Source of the DNA: an uncultured Ruminiclostridium sp.
GTDB taxonomy: Bacteria > Bacillota > Clostridia > Oscillospirales > Ruminococcaceae
Assembly (NCBI GenBank): GCA_947624435.1
Contig: CANQKE010000009.1
Span: 1 to 64,000, forward strand
Reading direction: 5' to 3'
DNA length: 64,000 nucleotides
Part shown: one piece after another, positions 1-8,699 of the stretch
Position numbering within the stretch: position 1 is the first letter of the stretch
Layout of the letters: every line of letters begins with the position of its first letter
Program-made: the position numbers and the translations under genes
The notes under the pieces: model-generated
The model's input: only the letters and a program-made list of their open reading frames with translations
Databases searched by the model: none
What the model was told of the DNA's origin: nothing

Positions 1-177
1 GAGATAAGCGACCGATATTTTCTTGACCGAGTTATGTGGGTAGTACCCGCCGAACGGATAACGCTTATCATAGTCGGTATAATGTGCGCGGTAACGATAC
101 TTCTGACTGTGCTTGCTCTTAGAAAATTCAGGAAGAACATAGCCGAGGATATAAACTCAGGGAGGGAAAGACAATGA
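1..177 (+). CDS. 3' end of an upstream membrane protein gene (partial, C-terminal TM segment); stop overlaps the ABC ATPase start (ATGA)
   Basis: Open + frame from position 1 ending TGA at 175-177; hydrophobic stretch IIVGIMCAVTILLTVLAL; no start in window. Confidence 0.3.
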   Translation, partial: EISDRYFLDRVMWVVPAERITLIIVGIMCAVTILLTVLALRKFRKNIAEDINSGRERQ

Positions 178-833
178 TCAAAGCTACAGACCTTAACAAG
201 ACCTACGGCAAGGGCGACGGCAGCGTCAAAGCGCTTAAAAATATAAATCTTACCGTAAATGACGGCGAGCTTACCGCGCTTATCGGCAAAAGCGGCAGCG
301 GCAAAACCACCTTGCTTAACCTGCTCGGAGGGCTGGACGAAGCGGACAGCGGAAATATTATGTACGGCGATACAGATATAACTAAGCTAAAAGACAGCCC
401 GCTTGCGGATTTTCGGCTTAACAACATCGGCTTTGTGTTCCAGTTCTTTGACCTTTTGCCGGAGCTTACCGCCGAGGAAAATATCCTTTTGCCCGCAAAG
501 CTCGCTAAAAAGAAAGCGGGAAGGCTTACAGATATAACCGAAAGGCTCGGCATATCGGATAGATTGCGGCATTATCCGTCCGAGCTATCCGGCGGACAGC
601 AGCAGCGCGTGGCGATAGCAAGGGCGCTTATAAACGACCCCGATGTGCTGCTTTGCGACGAGCCTACCGGCAACCTTGACGCAAAGTCCGGCGAGGAGGT
701 CATGCGGCTTTTGACCGAGCTTAACCGCGAATACGGCAAGACCGTTATTATAGTCACCCACGACGCGGACATCGCCGCACAATGCAAAAGGGTGATAGAG
801 ATAGCGGACGGGGAGATAATAAAAAACGCTTAA
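174..833 (+). CDS. ABC transporter ATP-binding protein (MacB/LolD/FtsE-like)
   Basis: Walker A GKSGSGKTT, ABC signature LSGGQQQRVAIARAL, Walker B LLCDEPTGNLD, H-loop VTHD; SD GGGAGGG upstream. Confidence 0.9.
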   Translation: MIKATDLNKTYGKGDGSVKALKNINLTVNDGELTALIGKSGSGKTTLLNLLGGLDEADSGNIMYGDTDITKLKDSPLADFRLNNIGFVFQFFDLLPELTAEENILLPAKLAKKKAGRLTDITERLGISDRLRHYPSELSGGQQQRVAIARALINDPDVLLCDEPTGNLDAKSGEEVMRLLTELNREYGKTVIIVTHDADIAAQCKRVIEIADGEIIKNA

Positions 834-846
834 AAAGGGAAGTAGT

Positions 847-1491
847 ATGAATTACAACTGCGACTGGAAAAATGTATCATGGTGGCTGAACGACGGCACT
901 CTTAAATATGATGATGGAAACGGCGTACTGTATTTTGATACCGACGCCGAATATGCGCATTGCAGCGCCACGGTGACCGTACCGGACGGCAAAGAAGGCG
1001 TGGAGTGCGTGTTTGTTGCCGGAAACGCTTCTCCTCCCGGCGTGACAAGCGGAAAATTTGAGCTTGCCTTTTACGACAAAAATGACGTAAAGCTTAACAG
1101 CATGGAGGTCCTTGTAAAAGATAAAGACGAGTTTTACCGCTATACCTCCGCCGGAACAGGCGGCGCTGTCGTCATACCCGACAGCACGGAATATATTAAA
1201 TTTTCGGTAGAAGCTCACAAGGGCAGATCGTCAATGAAATTATACTTCAAAGACCTTTCATTCACATTTTACGATGAAGCCGAGGATATAGTCGGCGGCG
1301 AGCCTATAGGAGTATTTGTCAGCGAAAAGGTCGACGACAAGCCGATAAGAATAAATGAAGAAGCAAACTGGTTTACGGTAATTCTTATAATCGGCGCACT
1401 TATAACGGGCATAGCGGCTATCGCCGGAATAAAAACGGCAAAGAGAAAAAATACGCCTTCAAAAAGCGATCCCGACAGTAACAAATCTTAA
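847..1491 (+). CDS. hypothetical membrane-anchored protein (C-terminal TM helix plus KRKNTPSKSDPDSNKS tail)
   Basis: ORF with SD AAAGGGA; C-terminal hydrophobic segment VILIIGALITGIAAIAGI; tail shared with 2192..2629. Confidence 0.55.
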   Translation: MNYNCDWKNVSWWLNDGTLKYDDGNGVLYFDTDAEYAHCSATVTVPDGKEGVECVFVAGNASPPGVTSGKFELAFYDKNDVKLNSMEVLVKDKDEFYRYTSAGTGGAVVIPDSTEYIKFSVEAHKGRSSMKLYFKDLSFTFYDEAEDIVGGEPIGVFVSEKVDDKPIRINEEANWFTVILIIGALITGIAAIAGIKTAKRKNTPSKSDPDSNKS

Positions 1492-1556
1492 AGAACGCCC
1501 GTCGTTGATTTTTGATTGACTTTTCAGGTAAAATCAGATAAAATCAAAGGTGATAA

Positions 1557-1652
1557 GTCTGAAAATAAATCTTTCAGGATCTGAGTTTTTCGCTTTTCCG
1601 GGTACGGTCGGCAATTTTGATTCGCAAAACCGTAAAAACTCGAAAGGAGAGA
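1557..1652 (+). repeat. copy of recurrent intergenic element R1 (A-T palindrome, structured middle, AAACTCGAAAGGAGAG SD); supplies the RBS for the downstream gene
   Basis: About 85% identical to the 121-bp tandem units at 42779..43141 (GAGTTTT.CGCTTT.CCG.GTACGGTCGGCAATTTTG.TTCGCAAAACCG.A.AAAACTCGAAAGGAGAG). Confidence 0.6.
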
Positions 1653-1663
1653 TAGGCATAATT

Positions 1664-2092
1664 ATGTCTAAAATCAATAAACAAGATGCTATTAAAGTTC
1701 TTGTGGTGGAATTGTCAGTATATATCATACAAGCGATATATCTTGCTTTTGGGCGTTATCTTTTGGGAATAACGGAAGGTCTTTCCGTTAACGGGATCAT
1801 CGTAGTGTTACTTCTCGCCTTTCTTCTCAATATTATTGCAGGCATTATCTTAGGCGCAATTATTAAATCCAAAAAAGCGCTGCTTTATTGGATCTACGGT
1901 TATCTGCTATTTTGCTGCTGTTATCTTATATATCCCTCCGGCAATCAGGTGTTCGGCTGGATGGCAATCGAGCTTTTACCGCAGCTTATACCGTTTTTGG
2001 CGGCTAGGTTGGTGAGATATTTGATTTTGAGCTATAAGAAAAATAAAAGCAGCGATACCGCGAAAATTCAGTCCAAATGGTCTTTATATTAA
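1664..2092 (+). CDS. small polytopic membrane protein (tandem paralog of 2192..2629)
   Basis: ATG at 1664 lies 14 nt after the GAAAGGAGAG SD; the ORF track start 1550 is upstream and in the same frame; N-terminus MSKINKQDAIKVLVV aligns with MENDPKKAIIPSCV of the paralog. Confidence 0.55.
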   Translation: MSKINKQDAIKVLVVELSVYIIQAIYLAFGRYLLGITEGLSVNGIIVVLLLAFLLNIIAGIILGAIIKSKKALLYWIYGYLLFCCCYLIYPSGNQVFGWMAIELLPQLIPFLAARLVRYLILSYKKNKSSDTAKIQSKWSLY

Positions 2093-2191
2093 TACACTCA
2101 TGGATGTTATACTAAAGTATTGCAGCATAAAACTCGGTAAAATCAAAGGTGATGAGAGAGAAGTAGATATGAAAAAAATTGATTTTGAAAA

Positions 2192-2629
2192 ATGGAAAAC
2201 GATCCTAAAAAAGCCATTATCCCCTCGTGCGTTCAAGCTTTGATAGTGTTATTTCATATTATTTTATTTTATACCTGCGACCTGGAATATCAAGTGGCAT
2301 TTTCAATAGCATTTACCGTAATTATTTCGGTTGTTGCTATAGCTGTTTTACGTCCGCCGATCCAATCGATAATTTTATCCGAGCTTTGTTTTGTTGTTTT
2401 AGCTGCGCTGTTTTTAGAATTAAAAGAAGGTCGTTTTTTAATATTTTGGGTAGAGCCCGGAGTGGGACTGCTTAATTACGGACCGATCGATCAAGCTATA
2501 GGTTTTGCCTTTATTAAAATGTTACTTATGGATATGCCCGGATTAGCAATTCGTAAAGGCTTAGATAATATAATAAGCTTTGTAAAAAATAAGCTTTCAA
2601 AAAGCGATACCGACAGCAACAAATCTTAA
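2192..2629 (+). CDS. small polytopic membrane protein (paralog of 1664..2092; C-terminal KNKLSKSDTDSNKS tail like 847..1491)
   Basis: ORF; 4-5 hydrophobic segments; the 3' coding end plus about 40 bp downstream (AAAAGCGATMCCGACAGYAACAAATCTTAAAGAACGCC) is duplicated at 1459..1499. Confidence 0.5.
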   Translation: MENDPKKAIIPSCVQALIVLFHIILFYTCDLEYQVAFSIAFTVIISVVAIAVLRPPIQSIILSELCFVVLAALFLELKEGRFLIFWVEPGVGLLNYGPIDQAIGFAFIKMLLMDMPGLAIRKGLDNIISFVKNKLSKSDTDSNKS

Positions 2630-2789
2630 AGAACGCCGTCGATTTTTGATCGACTTTTTGGATAAAACCAAAAGGTGATAAGGAGGATAGGGCGTGACAA
2701 AACAAACGCTGAAAATTTTCCGTTTTAAGAAGATCGAAATTTCACTTTTTATATAAGTTTACTCTCTGTATTTAATTAATAAAAACAAG

Positions 2790-2828
2790 CAGCCGATTTG
2801 CATTGTACAAATCGGCTGTTTTGTTTTT
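2790..2828 (+). terminator. rho-independent terminator
   Basis: CAGCCGATTTG..CAAATCGGCTG stem followed by TTTTGTTTTTT. Confidence 0.6.
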
Positions 2829-2981
2829 TATGAGCATTTTTATAATTACGGGGAAATCCCTTACTTGAAAAAATAAAAAATTTTCATATTACCTTTGACA
2901 TTTGAACCGCACCGATTTGTACGAATAGCACAAAAATATTGCTGATTTATTTGTAAATATCATGATTTTCTGGAAAATTTA

Positions 2982-3010
2982 TTGACACTATCTGCTAACA
3001 GTGATAAAAT
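2982..3010 (+). promoter_or_regulatory. sigma-A promoter TTGACA-17-TAAAAT for the giant surface protein gene; about 215-nt 5' UTR
   Basis: Exact -35 TTGACA, 17-nt spacer with TG-extended -10 (GTGATAAAAT). Confidence 0.6.
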
Positions 3011-3224
3011 TAAGATAATTCAATTTTTGGACGCAAATAACTTGCCTGAAGCCTCTTATTATCTGATACTATATTATTAGGTAAATTTACTTAATGAACA
3101 ATTATTGCCTTGCAAATTATCGGCATTTTGCCTGCTAAAGAGCAGGCTTTGCATAAACGCACGAGCGCTGCCGAGTTTCGGTGATCGGAAGCGCACGCAA
3201 AATTCTTTAAGGAGGATCAAAAAA

Positions 3225-6200
3225 ATGAGATTCAAACGGATCATATCCGGCGTGCTTGCAGCTGTGATCGCTGCCACGGCGGTTACGGTCATGCCGCTGA
3301 CAGCTTCAGCAGATCCCGCTCCCGTCGATAAGCCGGAAGGCGTAGAAAACGTTGTAGCATCTGCTGTAGTCGGCGTTCCCACAACATTAAAGCAGTATGA
3401 TTCTGTATGGGCCGGTATCTATAGCGGACTTACTGATGAAATGTATGAGCCGGAAAGCCCGTATTATCTGAAGGTTCAATTCAGTTACGGAGAAGGAAAA
3501 ATTGAGCAGCTGGGAGGAAATTCCTGGAGCGATTTGCAGTCATGGGGATTTACCAGCTATAATTCTTGGCTTAACCTTGGTAAGGTTTATGCCGAAGGCG
3601 CATCTTTTTCCAAGACGGGAATCAGTCTGGTACCGTCTACGAGTTCGAATGCGCCGACATTCGATTTCTACATACCAGTATCGGATATAAACAAAGAGTA
3701 TGGCAGCGACAAAACTACACTTTGCATACAGGGTAATGTTCAGAATTACGCTAATCTTACAGCTACTTTGGTTTCATTCGACATTGTAAAGTTTACTCCT
3801 GCTGACCCGCCTGCTTTACAGAAGTATAAATATCCTTTCGATACCGCTGAGGGAACTTCAAATAACTGGGGTCAACCGGCAAAAACTCAGCTTTATGGCG
3901 ACGAGAGTGAAACGGTAAAGATAAAATATTTGTCCGATAGCGACTTTACGATAGTTACCGAATTCAAATCGGAAAAACAACCTGTGATGGCACTTAGCGA
4001 CGGCAGCGGAAAAGGCGATCTTAACTGGCTTCAGATTGCTCCCTCTCAGGTGATACAAGGTAAAGCATATTGGTTGAAGAGCGATGTTCTCGCAGCATGG
4101 ACTAAAGCCGGAGGCGCCGATGATTTTTCGGATTTGAAGGCGATATTTATTTGTGATCAGGGCGTTTCTCTCACTGTAACAGATACCGCGCTTTACTCCG
4201 ACGTGCCTATCGCCGTTACCGAAGTTGCAATAACCGATGCGGACGGCAAAGACACAGAGAAGCTTGCACTCACCGAAAAAGCAACCGCTTCTCTCAAAGC
4301 TACAGTTAAGCCCGAAAATACCAACCAAGAATACACCATCGAGTGGAGTTCCGATAAAGAATCCGTTGTGTCCGTTGATAAAGACGGCAAGGTGACCGCT
4401 GTTGCAGCGGGTGAAGCCGTTATAACGGCAACCGTTAAGATTGGTACGGCCGCTTCTGCCAAGGCTGCCGCAATTTCCGATACGGTCAAGGTGACTGTTT
4501 CTCACGGAAAGATGGTTCTTACCGACGCGAAAGACGCGACCTGCACCGATGGAGGCAATATTAAATATTACACCTGTGATGTGTGTGGAAAAACCTATAG
4601 CGACGAAGCCGGCACAGAAGAAGTTACCAAGGTCACTACAGACGCTCTCGGTCATAAGATGACTAAGACCGAGGCTAAGGACGCTACCTGCACCGAAGAC
4701 GGAAACGTAGAGTATTACACTTGCGAGACCTGTAAGAAGACCTTTAAGGACGAACAGGGCAAGGAAGAAATAACCGATGTTACCGTAAAAGCTCTCGGTC
4801 ACAAGATGACCAAGACCGAGGCTAAGGACGCGACCTGCACCGAGGCCGGAAACGTAGAATACTACACCTGCGAAAACTGCAAGAAGACCTTTAAGGACGA
4901 ACAGGGCAAGGAAGAAATAACCGACGTTGCTATAAAAGCTCTCGGTCATAAGATGACTTTGCACGAGGCAACAGAGGCTACTTGCGTAAAGGAAGGTAAC
5001 AAGGAATATTATTCCTGCGAAAACTGCAAGAAGAATTTTGCCGATAAAAACGGCGAGCAGGAGCTTAAGGATATTGTAGTCCCCAAGAATCCCGATAACC
5101 ACAAGAATACCAAAACTGTCGGCAAGGTCGATCCCACAGAGGAAAAAGAGGGATATACCGGAGATATCGTCTGCGATGACTGCGGTCAAACCGTTAAAAA
5201 GGGCGAGTCCGTTCCCAAGCTTGACCATAAGCATGTTATGAAGCTTGTTGAAAAGAAAGACGCGACTTGTACCGAACCCGGTAATATAGCATATTACCTT
5301 TGCACTGTGTGTGAGAAAATGTATACTAACGAAGACGGAACCGGCATTCTTTCCGCCGACGAGATCGTTATAAAAGCTCTCGGCCATAAGATGACCAAGA
5401 CCGAGGCTAAAGACGCGACCTGCACCGAGGCAGGAAACGTAGAGTATTATACCTGCGAGACCTGCAAGAAGATTTTTAAGGATTCAGAGGGTAAAGAAGA
5501 AATAACCGACGTTACCGTAGCTGCTCTCGGTCATAAGATAACTAAGATAGAGGCTAAGGCTGCTACCTGCACCGAGGCCGGAAACGTAGAATATTACATC
5601 TGTGAGACCTGCAAGAAGACCTTTAAGGATGAACAGGGCAGCGAAGAAATAACTGACGTTACCGTAGCCGCTCTCGGTCATAAGATGGTCAAGACCGAGG
5701 CTAAGGCTGCTACCTGCACCGAGACCGGAAACGTAGAGTATTACACCTGCGATACCTGCAAGAAGACCTTTAAGGATGAACAGGGCAAGGAAGAAATAAC
5801 CGATGTTACCGTAGCTGCTCTCGGTCATAAGATGGCCAAGACCGAGGCTAAGGACTCTACCTGCACCGAGGCCGGAAACGTAGAGTATTACACCTGTGAG
5901 ACCTGCAAGAAGACCTTTAAGGATGAACAGGGCAGTGAAGAAATAACCGACGTTACTGTGGCTGCTCTCGGTCATAAGATGACCAAGACCGAGGCTAAGG
6001 ACGCGACCTGCACAGAGGCTGGAAACGTAGAGTATTACACCTGCGATACCTGCAAGAAGACCTTTAAGGATGAACAGGGCAGTGAAGAAATAACCGACGT
6101 TACTGTAGCCGCTCTCGGTCATAAGATGACTAAGACCGACGCTAAGGACGCGACCTGCACCGAGGCCGGAAACGTAGAGTATTACACCTGCGATACCTGC

Positions 6201-6830
6201 AAGAAGACCTTTAAGGATGAACAGGGCAGTGAAGAAATAACCGACGTTACTGTAGCCGCTCTCGGTCATAAGATGACTAAGACCGAGGCTAAGGACGCGA
6301 CCTGCACCGAGGCCGGAAACGTAGAGTATTACACCTGCGAAAACTGCAAGAAGACCTTTAAGGACGAACAGGGCAGTGAAGAAATAACCGACGTTATCGT
6401 AGCCGCTCTCGGTCATAAGCTTACTAAGGCAGAGGCTATAGAGCCTACCGAAACCGAAGACGGCAATATAGAATATTACGTTTGCGAGGTTTGCGGTAAA
6501 CTGTATCTTGACAATGAGGGAACACAGGAAACCACCGCAGAGGAAGTAATAGTTCCTGCTATAGGCTCCGATGTTCCTCCGACAAGTGAGGACAGCACAC
6601 CCTCCGAGGACAGCACTCCTTCCGAGGACAGCACTCCCTTCGAGGATAGCACTCCCTCCGAGGATAGCACTCCTTCCGAGGATAGCACTTCTTCCGAGGA
6701 TAGCACTCCTTCAGGGGAAAGCAAGCCTTCTGACAACCCGGGAACCGGCGTTGGCTTTGGCGGGGCAGCCGCTCTTGTTGCACTTGGTGCAGCGGCAGTG
6801 GCAGTTGCATCTTTCCGCAAAAAGAAGTAA
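3225..6830 (+). CDS. giant cell-surface protein: signal peptide, N-terminal beta-rich region with Big_2-like Ig domain, about 14 tandem 49-aa His-Cys3 repeats, SEDSTP linker, C-terminal hydrophobic anchor plus RKKK
   Basis: ATG at 3225 with SD AAGGAGG 9 nt upstream; signal peptide MRFKRIISGVLAAVIAATAVTVMPLTASA; Big_2-like VTAVAAGEAVITATVKIGT; repeats ALGHKMTKTEAKDATCTEAGNVEYYTCETCKKTFKDEQGKEEITDVTVA; C-terminus GGAAALVALGAAAVAVASFRKKK. Confidence 0.85.
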   Translation: MRFKRIISGVLAAVIAATAVTVMPLTASADPAPVDKPEGVENVVASAVVGVPTTLKQYDSVWAGIYSGLTDEMYEPESPYYLKVQFSYGEGKIEQLGGNSWSDLQSWGFTSYNSWLNLGKVYAEGASFSKTGISLVPSTSSNAPTFDFYIPVSDINKEYGSDKTTLCIQGNVQNYANLTATLVSFDIVKFTPADPPALQKYKYPFDTAEGTSNNWGQPAKTQLYGDESETVKIKYLSDSDFTIVTEFKSEKQPVMALSDGSGKGDLNWLQIAPSQVIQGKAYWLKSDVLAAWTKAGGADDFSDLKAIFICDQGVSLTVTDTALYSDVPIAVTEVAITDADGKDTEKLALTEKATASLKATVKPENTNQEYTIEWSSDKESVVSVDKDGKVTAVAAGEAVITATVKIGTAASAKAAAISDTVKVTVSHGKMVLTDAKDATCTDGGNIKYYTCDVCGKTYSDEAGTEEVTKVTTDALGHKMTKTEAKDATCTEDGNVEYYTCETCKKTFKDEQGKEEITDVTVKALGHKMTKTEAKDATCTEAGNVEYYTCENCKKTFKDEQGKEEITDVAIKALGHKMTLHEATEATCVKEGNKEYYSCENCKKNFADKNGEQELKDIVVPKNPDNHKNTKTVGKVDPTEEKEGYTGDIVCDDCGQTVKKGESVPKLDHKHVMKLVEKKDATCTEPGNIAYYLCTVCEKMYTNEDGTGILSADEIVIKALGHKMTKTEAKDATCTEAGNVEYYTCETCKKIFKDSEGKEEITDVTVAALGHKITKIEAKAATCTEAGNVEYYICETCKKTFKDEQGSEEITDVTVAALGHKMVKTEAKAATCTETGNVEYYTCDTCKKTFKDEQGKEEITDVTVAALGHKMAKTEAKDSTCTEAGNVEYYTCETCKKTFKDEQGSEEITDVTVAALGHKMTKTEAKDATCTEAGNVEYYTCDTCKKTFKDEQGSEEITDVTVAALGHKMTKTDAKDATCTEAGNVEYYTCDTCKKTFKDEQGSEEITDVTVAALGHKMTKTEAKDATCTEAGNVEYYTCENCKKTFKDEQGSEEITDVIVAALGHKLTKAEAIEPTETEDGNIEYYVCEVCGKLYLDNEGTQETTAEEVIVPAIGSDVPPTSEDSTPSEDSTPSEDSTPFEDSTPSEDSTPSEDSTSSEDSTPSGESKPSDNPGTGVGFGGAAALVALGAAAVAVASFRKKK
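4644..6550 (+). repeat. tandem array of 147-bp (49-codon) coding repeats; units 5376..6404 are nearly identical at the nucleotide level
   Basis: GCTCTCGGTCATAAGATGAC recurs at 4644, 4791, 4938, 5376, 5523, 5670, 5817, 5964, 6111, 6258, 6405 (period 147 bp); one enlarged unit at 4938..5375. Confidence 0.9.
6583..6726 (+). repeat. 8 x 18-bp tandem repeat encoding the (S/F)EDSTP linker
   Basis: TCCGAGGA(C/T)AGCACTCC(C/T) repeated in tandem. Confidence 0.85.
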
Positions 6831-7057
6831 ACTCTTCTAAAATAAAACTACAAGGCGGAGCTAAGGCTCTGCCTTTTAGTTTGTCAAAAGCTATTTGTCG
6901 TCCCGCAAACACTATCCTCCCGTTCTCCCTTGACAATCACCTGTCAATTTAGTACAATTAACTTAAACGGGGTGATCATGTGGAACCTATAGAACAGAAT
7001 ATCAATACGCTGTATCAAAAGCAGGATATTTCCGATGCGGCGCCGAAAGAGATACTC
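6790..7057 (+). repeat. direct repeat X1: anchor-coding end, terminator, promoter, RBS and first 26 codons of hydE (copy of 8655..8917)
   Basis: About 90% nucleotide identity with 8655..8917, including GGCGGAGCTAAGGCTCTGCCTTTTAGTTTGTCAA and GGGGTGATCATGTGGAACCTATAGAACAGAATATCAATACGCTGTATCAAAAGCAGGATATT. Confidence 0.85.
6853..6882 (+). terminator. rho-independent terminator of the giant surface protein gene
   Basis: GGCGGAGC-TAAG-GCTCTGCC hairpin followed by TTTTAGTTTG. Confidence 0.7.
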
Positions 7058-7369
7058 AGAAACAAAAGAGAGAAACGTATCAAAATAATATCACGGACAG
7101 TCACTGTAGCTATAATAATATTGTTCATAGTATCAGCTATCTTGTTTTATGCCAGTCATCATACATCATTAAGGTATAATGATTGGTGGATAGTCGGAAA
7201 TAACATTTCAGCTGTTGAAGCAAGATACGGAAAATATGATATCGACACCGGGAGAATAGCTGCTTATTATCTTTATAATTTTGACACAAACGATTATTAT
7301 TACTATATGTACTATGACAGCGACGGGATAATTACAAGAGTTGAAACAGGTATTCAAATAGGCGGATAA
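6980..7369 (+). pseudogene. chimeric ORF: duplicated hydE start (GTG, first 26 codons MEPIEQNINTLYQKQDI.DAA.KEIL) fused to an unrelated TM-containing sequence; probably a duplication and insertion remnant
   Basis: N-terminal 26 aa nearly identical to HydE at 8839; similarity ends at 7057; no radical-SAM motif. Confidence 0.4.
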
Positions 7370-7464
7370 AATATTGTTTTGTGAAAATTTGTATTCTATC
7401 AACATTTTTTGAGGAGCAGATCATACTTCTGACTCTCGTGTATATTTTGTCAAGGAGGTAAAAA

Positions 7465-7938
7465 ATGAGCTTTGACAAAATAAAACCGTATATCGCTGCA
7501 ATTGCTGCGTCCGTTACAATATACGTTATAACGGTTTTATATGTAATCTTCATAGCGCCCGCTCTTCTTGTCGCTATCGGAAGAAACGGCTATAATCCCT
7601 TGGGCGCGCTACTGTGTTTTATAATAGATTTTGTTGTTCAGTTTGCCGTAATTGTTGTCCCGGCTGCCGTTTTGGCAAAAAAGTTTAATATAACGGCAAA
7701 ATGTATACCTGTAACCGTCGTTTCGTTATTTTGCATCTTTGCAATATATATTCCTCCGTGGCGGTATCTGTTTATACTTACCTCCGAATGGGGACCGGGT
7801 ATGTTGGTGAAAGCCGCCGGAATGTCGTCGGTAACAGCGTCGCTTTTTATAACCGTGCAATATACGCTTGTTATGTGGTTTACGGTGTGCATCGTACAAA
7901 AGCACCAAAAAAAGATTTCAAATAAGCAAAAGATATAA
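7465..7938 (+). CDS. hypothetical polytopic membrane protein (157 aa) inside the cassette
   Basis: SD AAGGAGG 8 nt before the ATG; 4 hydrophobic segments. Confidence 0.5.
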   Translation: MSFDKIKPYIAAIAASVTIYVITVLYVIFIAPALLVAIGRNGYNPLGALLCFIIDFVVQFAVIVVPAAVLAKKFNITAKCIPVTVVSLFCIFAIYIPPWRYLFILTSEWGPGMLVKAAGMSSVTASLFITVQYTLVMWFTVCIVQKHQKKISNKQKI

Positions 7939-8024
7939 AAAATTACTTTTACCTTTCTATATTCCGGAAAAATATATGCGGATAAGGTCAGAAAAGAGCA
8001 TTACGGAGCAATGGAGGACAAGTT

Positions 8025-8699
8025 ATGAGAAGAATATTCGCGGCGGCACTCGCGGCAATAACTGCGGTAAGCGCATTTTCGCTCTGCGCGTTTGCGGAAG
8101 AAAAAGAGGAAACTAAAGTAGTGCTTACAACGCTGGAAAGATTTTCGATCCACAGCGCGTATGAGTTTAAGTATCTTGGCGACGGTTATGCTTCTTACAG
8201 CGGTTTTGACGACAAAGGAAACAACATTACCGGTACTATTCGTTTTGAAAAGGACGAATACGGCAATCTCACCTACACAGATGTTGAAGCCGGCATTGAG
8301 ATCGATCCAAGCGGCGATCCTTCAAGTGTGAACAGCGAGTATACTCCCGTTATAAAAGACGGCAAGGGTTATCTTGTCGATAAGGACGGCAACCGCGTTT
8401 CCGATATGATAGATGAAGTATCTTATGTCAACACGCTTGACGAAGACTTGTACGAATTTTGGGTAGGCTTTAAGGAAGAGATCATATTTGTATCCTACAA
8501 AACAAATACATCCGCTCCCGCCGAGAGCGAGCCTATTTCCGATGAACCTGCGGTCGATGAACCTGCTGCCGATGAGCCTGCGGCTGATGAGCCGATAACC
8601 TCTCCCAACACAATCGTTATAGTAATTTCAATAACGATAGGCGTTATCGTAATTGCAGGCGCGGCGGTGGCAGTTATATTTTTCAGAAAAAAGAAGTAA
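8025..8699 (+). CDS. secreted, membrane-anchored surface protein with acidic (EPAxD)n linker and C-terminal hydrophobic anchor plus RKKK
   Basis: Signal peptide MRRIFAAALAAITAVSAFSLCAFA; DEPAVDEPAADEPAADEP; C-terminus IGVIVIAGAAVAVIFFRKKK; the anchor-coding end is homologous to that of 3225..6830. Confidence 0.7.
   Translation: MRRIFAAALAAITAVSAFSLCAFAEEKEETKVVLTTLERFSIHSAYEFKYLGDGYASYSGFDDKGNNITGTIRFEKDEYGNLTYTDVEAGIEIDPSGDPSSVNSEYTPVIKDGKGYLVDKDGNRVSDMIDEVSYVNTLDEDLYEFWVGFKEEIIFVSYKTNTSAPAESEPISDEPAVDEPAADEPAADEPITSPNTIVIVISITIGVIVIAGAAVAVIFFRKKK

Noticed and set aside
3858-6840. Long antisense and alternative-frame ORFs inside the surface-protein repeat array (3858..5387 -, 5484..6416 -, 6476..6820 -, 6571..6840 +, 4193..4489 -)
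   Set aside because: They are periodic read-throughs of the 147-bp and 18-bp tandem repeats in other frames (repeated GLGAGRVLSLGLSHLMTES and similar), with no RBS. The + frame has an SD, a signal peptide and a coherent domain architecture.
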